NCBI GenBank assembly: GCA_016931255.1
Contig: JAFGFG010000001.1
Location: forward strand, 30,961 to 94,960
Reading direction: 5' to 3'
From: Candidatus Aenigmatarchaeota archaeon
Lineage (GTDB): Archaea; Aenigmatarchaeota; Aenigmatarchaeia; QMZP01; JAFGSV01
Length of the DNA stretch: 64,000 nucleotides
A program made the translations under genes and the position numbers. Below are positions 18,949 through 27,248 of this stretch, piece by piece. Positions within the stretch are counted from its first letter, which is position 1. Every line of letters starts with the position of its first letter. The notes below the pieces were generated by a model. The model was given only the letters and a program-made list of their open reading frames with translations, was not told the DNA's origin and searched no databases.

Positions 18949-18979
18949 TGTGACTACAAGACGATATTTTGTAGTCACA
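18949..18979. promoter_or_regulatory. Perfect 11-bp inverted repeat upstream of the DUF3800-like gene
   Basis: TGTGACTACAA-9 nt-TTGTAGTCACA. Confidence 0.7.
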
Positions 18980-19024
18980 CACGATTACCAAAGGGGAACA
19001 GATGTTAATTGAGGAGAACCTTAA

Positions 19025-19732
19025 ATGAGACAGAGGAAAAGAGTGGTCACGAATTCTAAAAGTCAGATGAGATTGCAAGAAAGACTTGCCAAAAAATACT
19101 GTTCGCTGCACCATTTCATTGATGTAAGCGGCGGTCCCCCACAGAAGACCGCTTTCGGCCTCTTCAGTATTAACAGGAATTCCATGAACAGGGTCTACAA
19201 GGACTTCAGAAAAACATTTCCCAGATATGTCGGCAAAAGGGCCAAGGCATCCAGTCTCGATGAAGAGGAACTCATCAAAATAATAGACTTTTTCAATTCC
19301 AACGGGATTATGATGCGTGCATCTTGCGTAGAGAATGGTGACTGGTTGTTCTATAAAAGGACTTATGAACACAGAAAAAAATACTTCGAAGAAAGAATTT
19401 ATGGGATGATATACTGCACTATACTGAAAACCGTGTCTTATAGGGATTATCCATATCCGGTCATCATGTGTAAGGAGAGATATCTGAGAAGGCCAGAGAC
19501 TGCATTGGACATATGCAAAGAATTCTCGAATTATAGCGGGTATCATTTTAGTCTTTCTTTCGGTGACAGGAAAGTTACGGATGAACTGAGATTTGCGGAC
19601 TTTATAGCTGGTTCCGCATTCAAAATAAACAGAAAAAAACTAGAAAATTTTGAAAATTTTCACTTCATAGATATCAAACTGCCACGAATTTATTGTCTAA
19701 AAGCATTCAATTACCATAAAAGTGAAATATGA
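19025..19732 (+). CDS. DUF3800-like (RNase H-fold) protein
   Basis: N-terminal FIDVSG and C-terminal LRFADFIAG resemble the family YIDESG / QLADxxAG motifs. Confidence 0.65.
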   Translation: MRQRKRVVTNSKSQMRLQERLAKKYCSLHHFIDVSGGPPQKTAFGLFSINRNSMNRVYKDFRKTFPRYVGKRAKASSLDEEELIKIIDFFNSNGIMMRASCVENGDWLFYKRTYEHRKKYFEERIYGMIYCTILKTVSYRDYPYPVIMCKERYLRRPETALDICKEFSNYSGYHFSLSFGDRKVTDELRFADFIAGSAFKINRKKLENFENFHFIDIKLPRIYCLKAFNYHKSEI

Positions 19733-19850
19733 CGGATGTCATCCGAATATAAGAGCTCCAAGGAATTATGGAGTTCATCTTATACCGTTGATCCAAAGGA
19801 GGTGATAGAATGGCCTTATAACCATTAATCACCTAATCAATACTTATACG
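19733..19850. ncRNA. Candidate structured ncRNA downstream of the DUF3800-like gene
   Basis: Consecutive stems: CGGATG/CATCCG; TATAAG-AGCTCCA/TGGAGTT-CTTATA; TTGAT..AGGTGAT..AATGG/CCATT..ATCACCT..ATCAA. Confidence 0.4.
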
Positions 19851-19972
19851 GGAGCATTTAAAAGGCTTTTGGTGACCCTAAAGTGTTTATTTCTACCATT
19901 TTACAGCGAAGTCGCGAGAAGTAAACAGAAAGAATAAGCAAAACTTATTAAGAAAACTTACAAGAAAGAAAT

Positions 19973-20056
19973 ATGACGTATGTTCTTATCGATGGAAAAA
20001 CCTTCCAGGAAACCAATTTTGAGAAGGAAGAGGAAGATAGCACCGATAAAGCTTGA
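19973..20056 (+). pseudogene. Truncated 5' remnant of a probable nuclease-domain gene
   Basis: MTYVLIDGKTFQETNFEKEEE resembles the ExxFxxExEL N-terminus of NucS-like/PD-(D/E)xK proteins; stops after 27 aa. Confidence 0.35.
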
Positions 20057-20335
20057 CAATGGTAAAAAGGGAATTGCGCCCCAGTCCCCAAGATATACAA
20101 CTTACGATAAGTTAACAAAGGCAAAGAGTATAAGTGAACTTTGGTAGTTTAGGGTATACCAGTGAAATGTGGGCTAAAACGACGCTTTACTCGTGACCAA
20201 TTAACCAATAGCGCCGATTAGTATCGGTTTCCGTCAATCTTTCTCTTGGTCTCCTGTAGATATCCGGACATTTCTACCCAAAACGTTACAAAATGGATAT
20301 TATGTCACCTCCAATGTTCCAATCCCCAGCCAAAA

Positions 20336-20351
20336 GTAACGTTTTAGTTAC
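20336..20351. promoter_or_regulatory. GTAAC-N6-GTTAC inverted repeat upstream of the integrase
   Basis: AGTAAC GTTTTA GTTACT; related GTAACG copies at about 20280 (inverted), 20367 and 18915. Confidence 0.5.
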
Positions 20352-20383
20352 TATTATTTAAGAGGGTAACGTAAATATAGAAT

Positions 20384-20959
20384 ATGGGAACCACAGAAAA
20401 CGAATCGGCGTATTATCTGACTCAGGATGAAATCCGGAAAATTATTACAGTTGCCGGAAGTTTAAGGGACAGAGCAATATTCAAGATTCTTGCAAGGACT
20501 GGAATGAGACGGGGAGAATTAAGAGATCTGGAAGTGAGAGATATAGATTTTGAGAAAAGAAGATTATTCATAAGATCCGGAAAAGGTGATAAAAGCAGAA
20601 CAGTTCCAGTTGACCAGGATACGCTACAGGATGTCCGGTTTTATCTGGGTGAGCGAAAAGAAGGAAAATTGATACAAAGCAACAAGGCAGAATCGATATC
20701 CCTGAAGCAAATCAACGAGATATGTGCTAAGGCTGGTAAGGTAGCAGGAGTAAGACACCCGAATCCTGCAAAAGAAGATATAAACCCCCATCTTTTCAGG
20801 CATTCATTTGCTCGCATGATGCTGGAAAAGGGTATGAGAATGGAAGAGGTCCAGAAGGTTCTTGGACACTCCAGTATCAAGACAACAATGGATGTTTATG
20901 GTACTCCTGGTATGGAAAGTGTGCAGAGCAGCTACGATAGGATAATGGAAGACGTCTGA
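20384..20959 (+). CDS. Tyrosine recombinase/integrase (catalytic domain only, 191 aa)
   Basis: TGMRRGE (R), GKGDK (K), HLFRH (HxxR), LGH, TTMDVY (Y). Confidence 0.93.
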   Translation: MGTTENESAYYLTQDEIRKIITVAGSLRDRAIFKILARTGMRRGELRDLEVRDIDFEKRRLFIRSGKGDKSRTVPVDQDTLQDVRFYLGERKEGKLIQSNKAESISLKQINEICAKAGKVAGVRHPNPAKEDINPHLFRHSFARMMLEKGMRMEEVQKVLGHSSIKTTMDVYGTPGMESVQSSYDRIMEDV

Positions 20960-21433
20960 CTAGCCGCTGATTTCTTCAAGCCTCTTGCGCCATTCGCCGA
21001 TTCTGCTGTTAGTCTTCCTGGAAGCGAAATCCATCAGCATGGAATTGAATCTTTCAGCCCGTCTGATAAGACTTTTCACTTCTTCCCTGGTAATTTCGAA
21101 ATCCACGTAATACTGCTTGTCAATCCGCTCGTTTTTGGCATATGAAATGTCTGAATTGTCAATACCGTAAACCTCTTTCAGTATTATTATGACTGCCGCA
21201 TGGTTCTCGCACTTTATGCCTGTCCCGAAAAGAATGGCGGATGCTGCATGATACATGCTGTAGTATGCCATGACTACCGACTCCTCGAGGTGTCCGCTTC
21301 TGAGGAGTATATTAGCTGATTCCGTGTTGCTTCCGGATTTTGCCAAGTACGACTTCATCACATTGTCGCTCGGCTCGACCATCTCGAGCTTCCCTTCCTT
21401 TTTCAGTTTACTTAAAAATCCGATTCTTCTCAT
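20960..21433 (-). CDS. HEPN domain toxin
   Basis: AYYSMYHA, CENH, ERIDKQYY motifs; overlaps the MNT gene. Confidence 0.9.
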   Translation of the reverse strand: MRRIGFLSKLKKEGKLEMVEPSDNVMKSYLAKSGSNTESANILLRSGHLEESVVMAYYSMYHAASAILFGTGIKCENHAAVIIILKEVYGIDNSDISYAKNERIDKQYYVDFEITREEVKSLIRRAERFNSMLMDFASRKTNSRIGEWRKRLEEISG

Positions 21434-21971
21434 AGAATTCCTCTGTCCCCTTTATTATGACGTGGTTCTTTTCTATCTCCTGCATGAGCGGATTGCCTGG
21501 GTCATATCTTCCCATTTTGATGCTTACTCTGGAATCAGTCATTTCCAGGTCGCTCTTCAGTTTCCTGTCTGCCGATTCCATGTATATGTCTATATCGCTG
21601 TCTTTCTTGACAGTTCCTTTTGCATAGGAACCGAAAATGATGGACATCCCCGCTCTCTTGTCTTTCTGTATTGTTTCGACAATCTTCCTCAGATTGGGGT
21701 ATTTTTTCAGGGTCCGCATAAGTTTGTAGTTCTCAAGCATGAGAACGTAGGATCTGGTCTCGTTTGTCTCCTTGAGGAAATATACCTTGTTTTTTCCTTC
21801 TTCCCGGAAATCCACGACGTTCTCGTAAGAAAGCTCCTTCAGCTTTCTGGAAACAGTCATATGGTTTATGTTTGTCACTTTTGAAAGTCTCCTTACATGC
21901 ATCTCAGTCTTCGTAAGTTGTTCTATCAGTACCATCTTCTCGTTCTCATTAATGTAACTTTTTTGTTCCAT
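21408..21971 (-). CDS. HTH-minimal nucleotidyltransferase (MNT) antitoxin
   Basis: N-terminal wHTH, FGSYAKG...SDIDI. Confidence 0.9.
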   Translation of the reverse strand: MEQKSYINENEKMVLIEQLTKTEMHVRRLSKVTNINHMTVSRKLKELSYENVVDFREEGKNKVYFLKETNETRSYVLMLENYKLMRTLKKYPNLRKIVETIQKDKRAGMSIIFGSYAKGTVKKDSDIDIYMESADRKLKSDLEMTDSRVSIKMGRYDPGNPLMQEIEKNHVIIKGTEEFYEKNRIFK

Positions 21972-21972
21972 G

Positions 21973-21990
21973 TGTAACATTTATGTTACA
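21973..21990. promoter_or_regulatory. Palindromic operator between the TATA box and start of MNT-HEPN
   Basis: TGTAACAT-TT-ATGTTACA perfect inverted repeat; TTTATAAA at about 21995-22002. Confidence 0.75.
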
Positions 21991-22008
21991 ATGGTTTATA
22001 AATGTTTC

Positions 22009-22103
22009 GGCCACCTCAGCATCAAGACCACGATAGACGTCTACGGAATCCTTAGATGGAAAGCGTGCAGAACAGCTACGACAGGATAATGAACGACGTC
22101 TGA
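22009..22103 (+). pseudogene. 3' remnant of a second, diverged integrase gene
   Basis: Encodes GHLSIKTTIDVYGIL/MESVQNSYDRIMNDV* versus GHSSIKTTMDVYGTPGMESVQSSYDRIMEDV* at 20864-20959; 1-nt frameshift. Confidence 0.85.
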
Positions 22104-22154
22104 TTCTTTACCTGAGGGAAAAGCATTTTATGACCTGAAGGCAAAAGCGTTATT

Positions 22155-23225
22155 ATGGCACTCGAAGACATCATAGCCTACAGCATGTTCGGCAACACCA
22201 TGGGAAGCTATTTCCATGCTGTCGTTGTTTTCGCAGCCGTATTCATATCCCTATACATCCTGAGATACGTGCTTCTGAAGAGCGCAAGGGGGATAGCCGG
22301 GAGGACCAGATTCGGGAAGGAGAACTTCTTCACGAGACTTGTGAGGAGCATAGGCTTGCCGCTCTACTTCCTGGTAGCGCTTTATCTTGCCGTTAAGCAG
22401 GTGGTCATACCAATCGAACTCGTCGATTTCGTCGACTATGCATTCTTTCTGGTGGCCGTCTTCTATGTGGTGAGGAGTTTCAATCGGCTCGTGGACTTCT
22501 CGACCAACAAGGTCGTGGAGATAAAGAAGAAGAAGGACGGGGACTCCGGAGTGGACACAGGCGTAGTCGATATATTCAGGAAGCTGGTCAAAATCGCCGC
22601 GTGGGTGGCAGCGCTCCTCTTCATAATCTATTATTTCGGCTACGACATAAGCGGCGCGATGCTCGGGCTCGGCGTCACGGGAATAGTTGTGGGATTCGCC
22701 CTCCAGAGCGTCCTAGCGGATCTCTTTGCGTCGTTCTCCATATACTTCGACAGGCCGTTCCAGATAGGTGACTTCATAGTCATAGGTGATGACCTCGGCA
22801 GCGTCACCAAGGTCGGGCTCCGCTCCACAAGGATAAAGCACCTCAAAGGGCAGGAGTTGATAGTTCCTAATAGCGAACTGTCGAAGATAAGGATAAACAA
22901 CTACGGGAAGATGGAGAAGAGGAGGATATCGTTCACGTTCGGCGTGACCTACGACACACCGTCGAAGAAGCTGGAAGCGATACCCGGCATAGTGAAGGAC
23001 ATAATAAACGGGGTGAAGTTCGCGGACGCCGACAGGGTGCACTTCAAGGAATACGGGGATTCGGCGCTCATATTCGAGGTGGTGTATTTCGTGGCCACGG
23101 GAGACTACAACAAGTACATGGACATCCAGGAGAAGATAAACCTCGGGCTCAAGAGAATGCTGGAGAAGATGAAGGTCGAGTTCGCCTATCCGACGCAGAC
23201 ACTCTATGTCAAGAAGTCGCGATAG
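22155..23225 (+). CDS. mscS: MscS family mechanosensitive channel
   Basis: GFALQ..LADLFAS..DRPFQIGD, GLRSTRI, VPNS, FAYPTQ. Confidence 0.93.
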   Translation: MALEDIIAYSMFGNTMGSYFHAVVVFAAVFISLYILRYVLLKSARGIAGRTRFGKENFFTRLVRSIGLPLYFLVALYLAVKQVVIPIELVDFVDYAFFLVAVFYVVRSFNRLVDFSTNKVVEIKKKKDGDSGVDTGVVDIFRKLVKIAAWVAALLFIIYYFGYDISGAMLGLGVTGIVVGFALQSVLADLFASFSIYFDRPFQIGDFIVIGDDLGSVTKVGLRSTRIKHLKGQELIVPNSELSKIRINNYGKMEKRRISFTFGVTYDTPSKKLEAIPGIVKDIINGVKFADADRVHFKEYGDSALIFEVVYFVATGDYNKYMDIQEKINLGLKRMLEKMKVEFAYPTQTLYVKKSR

Positions 23226-23327
23226 TCCTCAGTTCACAAGAATACAATTATTATTAGCATTCCGGCTTTTTAATGCTGGTGGTGAGGCATTTTTAAGCGT
23301 CCGGAATCTTACTATGCAAGGGTCTCA

Positions 23328-23558
23328 TTGAATACAGAAAATAACCGTTCTAAGGACGAGTCTAGGCTGACATATTGTGATTCATGCAACGAACATAAAC
23401 TGTGCACAAGGTACGATATAGAGTATACCGACATCCCAAGAATCGGCATATACGGAAATCCTATATCGGAATCGCCCGATCTCTGCGATTCGTGCATGGA
23501 TATTATTATTCTGGAGCCTTTCAGGAAGATGAGTCTGCAGGCGTCCGGAAAGGGTTAA
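23328..23558 (+). CDS. Small Cys-rich hypothetical protein
   Basis: CDSC...LCDSC. Confidence 0.4.
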   Translation: MNTENNRSKDESRLTYCDSCNEHKLCTRYDIEYTDIPRIGIYGNPISESPDLCDSCMDIIILEPFRKMSLQASGKG

Positions 23559-23582
23559 AAAACCTGCCTGTACAGAATTATC

Positions 23583-23963
23583 ATGGCGTCCCTTTACAGG
23601 CAGCTGAAGGAGATATACAAGGACAAAAGGAATTTCCTGAAGGAATATGGCGGGGACTGTGATTCAATAGCCTGCGGGAATTTCATGGACGTGTGTGCCA
23701 CGAAGGAATCCCATGTGATAGCGGATTATTCAATGAAAAATTCAACTTTTTCAAGAATGCTCCACGAGGATGGCTTTGCTGAAAAGCTGCTTGAAGACTA
23801 CGGAAAAATTATCTTATGGCCTAATACGATGAAAAGGATAAAAACCTCCGGCGACCTTAGGGATATACTTGGAATAATGCCTTTCAGGAAAAAGGCTGCG
23901 TCAGAAAGGATGATATTCATCTCAAGTGTCATGGACCGCGTTTACAGGACAAGGTACGGCTGA
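23583..23963 (+). CDS. Hypothetical protein
   Basis: 126-aa ORF. Confidence 0.5.
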   Translation: MASLYRQLKEIYKDKRNFLKEYGGDCDSIACGNFMDVCATKESHVIADYSMKNSTFSRMLHEDGFAEKLLEDYGKIILWPNTMKRIKTSGDLRDILGIMPFRKKAASERMIFISSVMDRVYRTRYG

Positions 23964-24014
23964 TTTGCGGCAGTGTCCGCAAAGGATTAAAAATCTTGCC
24001 GACATCTCCTCAAT

Positions 24015-24578
24015 ATGGTATCTCTCTACAGAAGCATCATCAGGTACAGGAACAGGGAAAGTAAAATAGATAAGGTGTACGGCGATTCTTCTTGCTTCTT
24101 CCCGGGACATGATTCTGGAATGGATGATGCGAAGGCAGAGCTTGTCTCCAGATTCAGGAAGGCCTACAGAAGCAATCCGGTCATCAGGGACGCGGTCAAC
24201 GGAAGGCGCACCATATCGGAGACTGCATGCAATTACACCATGGGGGATGATGCGATATTCCCTGGCACTAAGAACCGCAAGATGAGGCAGGTGAACACGT
24301 ACCTGATGATGGCCACGGGAATCAATGATCCTCTCGAGCCGCCCGTGTTCATCAGCGGCAGCAGAAAGATGAGCCATCTGATGGCGCGGGCGAAGTTCGT
24401 TGATGATTACCTCAGCGCGTATTCCGGCAACATAGTCGCATCGCCTGAAGACATGCTGCCCGGCGGGCTTTCTGAATCGCTCAGCCGGAAGCCATGGATT
24501 ATCAGGATGCTCAATGAAGCTTTAGAATCCCTGCACAGCACGGACAGCACTAACATGACTAACAGCTACTGGCCCTGA
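24015..24578 (+). CDS. Hypothetical protein
   Basis: 187-aa ORF, host-like codon usage. Confidence 0.55.
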   Translation: MVSLYRSIIRYRNRESKIDKVYGDSSCFFPGHDSGMDDAKAELVSRFRKAYRSNPVIRDAVNGRRTISETACNYTMGDDAIFPGTKNRKMRQVNTYLMMATGINDPLEPPVFISGSRKMSHLMARAKFVDDYLSAYSGNIVASPEDMLPGGLSESLSRKPWIIRMLNEALESLHSTDSTNMTNSYWP

Positions 24579-24587
24579 GCAGACGGT

Positions 24588-25064
24588 TCATATCATGCCG
24601 AAAATGCCAGCGAACCACATGAGGAGGTTTATTATCGCGAACTTGATGGAGTTCACGAATCCCAGTCCGCTGTATCTTATGGAACCGTCCTTGAGCGCTT
24701 CCTGGAATGTCTTCTCACCACCGACTATCTTTTCAAGGGTCGCTGTGTCCGTGTCTATTCTCACCGTCGCCTCGTCCCTGGCGCCTATTCCCGCATCCAC
24801 GAGCTTCCCGTCTGACAGCGCTGCGTAAAGCGGCCTGTCTATGCCCTCTATGTAGATGTTGACCTTCTCGTTGCCTATGACGCCCTTTACTTCCTCCGGC
24901 ATGCCGTCGAGACCTACAATCGAGCTGAGCATGCTGACATCTATGTCATCTTCATTTATGCTGTTTATTATGCTATTGTAGTCTATCGCAAGAGCTTTGG
25001 CCTGGAAGACAGCGAGCAACAGAATAATCATGGTAAATGCCACTGCTTTGGAGAGGTTTTCCAT
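24588..25064 (-). CDS. Secreted SCP2 (sterol carrier)-like domain protein with C-terminal TM
   Basis: Signal peptide; ATVRIDTD..TLEKIVGGE..FQEAL.DGSIRY.G. Confidence 0.65.
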   Translation of the reverse strand: MENLSKAVAFTMIILLLAVFQAKALAIDYNSIINSINEDDIDVSMLSSIVGLDGMPEEVKGVIGNEKVNIYIEGIDRPLYAALSDGKLVDAGIGARDEATVRIDTDTATLEKIVGGEKTFQEALKDGSIRYSGLGFVNSIKFAIINLLMWFAGIFGMI

Positions 25065-25160
25065 GTAATAATTATGTGCGCCACCCAGTTAAAAATGCCA
25101 TCTGAATGCCATGAAAAACCGAACAGAATTTAAACCAGTGAATCATAACTTTTCATTAAT

Positions 25161-26453
25161 ATGGAAAAACGGAACTTTCTCTTTGTTTCTCTTGATGCCC
25201 TTATAGGCGACATTGCCTGGCAGATTGCCAAGGAAGGTCACAATGTCAAGTACTACATCGACAACCCTGTTGAAAGGGAGGTCGCGGACGGGTTCGTCAC
25301 CAAGACCGACAACTGGAAGAAGGAAGTCGACTGGGCCGATGTGATAGTATTCGATGATGTTCTCGGAGAAGGAAAGAAGGCCCAGAGGCTCAGGGACAAG
25401 GGCCATAATGTCATAGGCGGATCTGCTTATTCAGACAAGCTTGAGGACAACCGTTCATTCGGCCAGGAGGAACTCAAGAAGGCCAAGATACCCATAATAC
25501 CATATCAGGATTTTACGTCATTCGATGACGCGATTGCTTTTGTTCAGGAGAAGCCGGCAAAGTACGTCATCAAGCCGAGCGGCGAGGCGCAGAACAAGAA
25601 GATGTCCCTTTTTGTGGGGGAGGAGGACGACGGCAAGGACGTCATACAGGTTCTGGACGCATACCGCCAGGCATGGTCCAAAAAAATAAGGACATTCCAG
25701 CTCCAGAGGAAGATATCAGGCGTGGAGGTGGCTGTAGGTGCATTCTTCAACGGAAGCAAGTTCATAACACCCATAAACGTCAACTTTGAACACAAGAAAC
25801 TCTTTCCAGGCAACATCGGGCCGTCCACAGGCGAGATGGGAACCACGATGTTCTGGAGTGCACCCAACAAGCTTTTCAATTCCACGCTCAAGAAAATCGA
25901 GCCCAAGCTCAGGGATGAGGGATATGTCGGGTACATAGACCTCAACTGCATAGTCAACAACAACGGGATATTTCCCCTAGAGTTCACGTCAAGGTTCGGC
26001 TACCCGACAATAAGCATACAGCAGGAAGGCATGATAACCCCCATAGGTGAATTCTTCCATGACCTTGCGCAGGGAAACAACCCCAAGCTGAAGGTCAAGA
26101 GCGGCTTCCAGGCAGGCGTCAGGATAGTCGTGCCGCCATTCCCGTTCAGGGACAAGAAGACATTCGATGTCCTCTCGAAGGACTCTGTCATAATTTTCAG
26201 GAAGCCCAACTACGACGGCATCCACATAGAGGATGTCAAGCTCCTCAACGGCGAATGGGTGATAACAGGCACGTCCGGCGTGGTGCTGATAGTATGCGGT
26301 ACGGGCCAGACCATGCTGCAGGCACAGAAGCAGGTCTACAGCAGGATAAACAACGTGGTCATACCATACATGTACTACAGGAAGGATATAGGAGACAGGT
26401 GGGTTGAGGACAGCGACCGGCTACACAACTGGGGATATCTCAGGGAAGTCTGA
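25161..26453 (+). CDS. PurD-like ATP-grasp ligase (phosphoribosylamine-glycine ligase-related)
   Basis: YVIKPSG, FEHKKLFPGNIGPSTGEMG, LEFTSRFGYP, YYRKDIG. Confidence 0.8.
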   Translation: MEKRNFLFVSLDALIGDIAWQIAKEGHNVKYYIDNPVEREVADGFVTKTDNWKKEVDWADVIVFDDVLGEGKKAQRLRDKGHNVIGGSAYSDKLEDNRSFGQEELKKAKIPIIPYQDFTSFDDAIAFVQEKPAKYVIKPSGEAQNKKMSLFVGEEDDGKDVIQVLDAYRQAWSKKIRTFQLQRKISGVEVAVGAFFNGSKFITPINVNFEHKKLFPGNIGPSTGEMGTTMFWSAPNKLFNSTLKKIEPKLRDEGYVGYIDLNCIVNNNGIFPLEFTSRFGYPTISIQQEGMITPIGEFFHDLAQGNNPKLKVKSGFQAGVRIVVPPFPFRDKKTFDVLSKDSVIIFRKPNYDGIHIEDVKLLNGEWVITGTSGVVLIVCGTGQTMLQAQKQVYSRINNVVIPYMYYRKDIGDRWVEDSDRLHNWGYLREV

Positions 26454-26620
26454 AAATCTCATTTTATTTGTGATTTTTTACTGCTGTAACATTATAACAC
26501 TCAAATAATTCATGATGTGCAGATGTTTTGTTAAAGATGAAATGAACGGTTAAAAAAAGTACAATAAAAATGAAACATCCAAATCGATGAATAAAAGCGA
26601 CATGCGCGTCAATTCATATC

Positions 26621-27223
26621 ATGGAATCCCTTTTCATGAAGCTTGAAAAAATAGAGAGGAAGATGGAGAGATATGCCTCCATGGGACCTGAATACGACGC
26701 AGATGCAGGCAGGCTCGCTGAGGAGAGAGACCAGTACATATCGGATTTCATGAACAATAACCCTGAGCTGATGAACTATGCTGAAAGGGAAGGCGGGATT
26801 GTTCCCATGATAGAAAGATTTTCCAGGTTTCAGGGATACGGTGAGATAACCGGCAGGAACTATGAAAGCATAAGCGACGGCCTTGAGATTATGACAGGCG
26901 TGAAAAGGCCTCTTGAAAATGTGTCCTCATATATACCGGGGTTAGGAGTTCTTACAGGAGTGGTTACGGGCGGCCTTTTGGCAATCAATACAGATTACGA
27001 TAATGTCAAGGAGGCTGTGATTGTTTCAGCATGCATCGGAGAGCTTCTCTGGCACGGGCTTTCGCGTGCCATAGATTCAATTTCCGATTACAGGTTCAAT
27101 ACGAACAGCAGGAAGCACAGCAGGGTCATCAGGAGGGCTGAGGCCGTTGGCAAGCATCTCGGCAATTCCCCTTCTTCAGTCATCCTGGAAGAACCGCTTG
27201 CGGAAATGTCCGTAAACGGTTAA
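26621..27223 (+). CDS. Hypothetical protein with hydrophobic hairpin
   Basis: 200-aa ORF. Confidence 0.55.
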   Translation: MESLFMKLEKIERKMERYASMGPEYDADAGRLAEERDQYISDFMNNNPELMNYAEREGGIVPMIERFSRFQGYGEITGRNYESISDGLEIMTGVKRPLENVSSYIPGLGVLTGVVTGGLLAINTDYDNVKEAVIVSACIGELLWHGLSRAIDSISDYRFNTNSRKHSRVIRRAEAVGKHLGNSPSSVILEEPLAEMSVNG

Positions 27224-27248
27224 AAAGATGGTCCTCCAATAATATTCT

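Larger units (their letters stand above)
16130..22103. mobile_element. Defence/genomic island (MTase, HNH, DUF3800-like, integrase, HEPN-MNT); boundaries approximate
   Basis: Visibly AT-richer DNA, clustered defence genes, an integrase and a duplicated integrase 3' end. Confidence 0.55.

Noticed and set aside
20384..20959. Integron integrase with cassette array
   Set aside because: Lacks the IntI-specific insertion, and no repeated attC-like sites were seen between the short genes.
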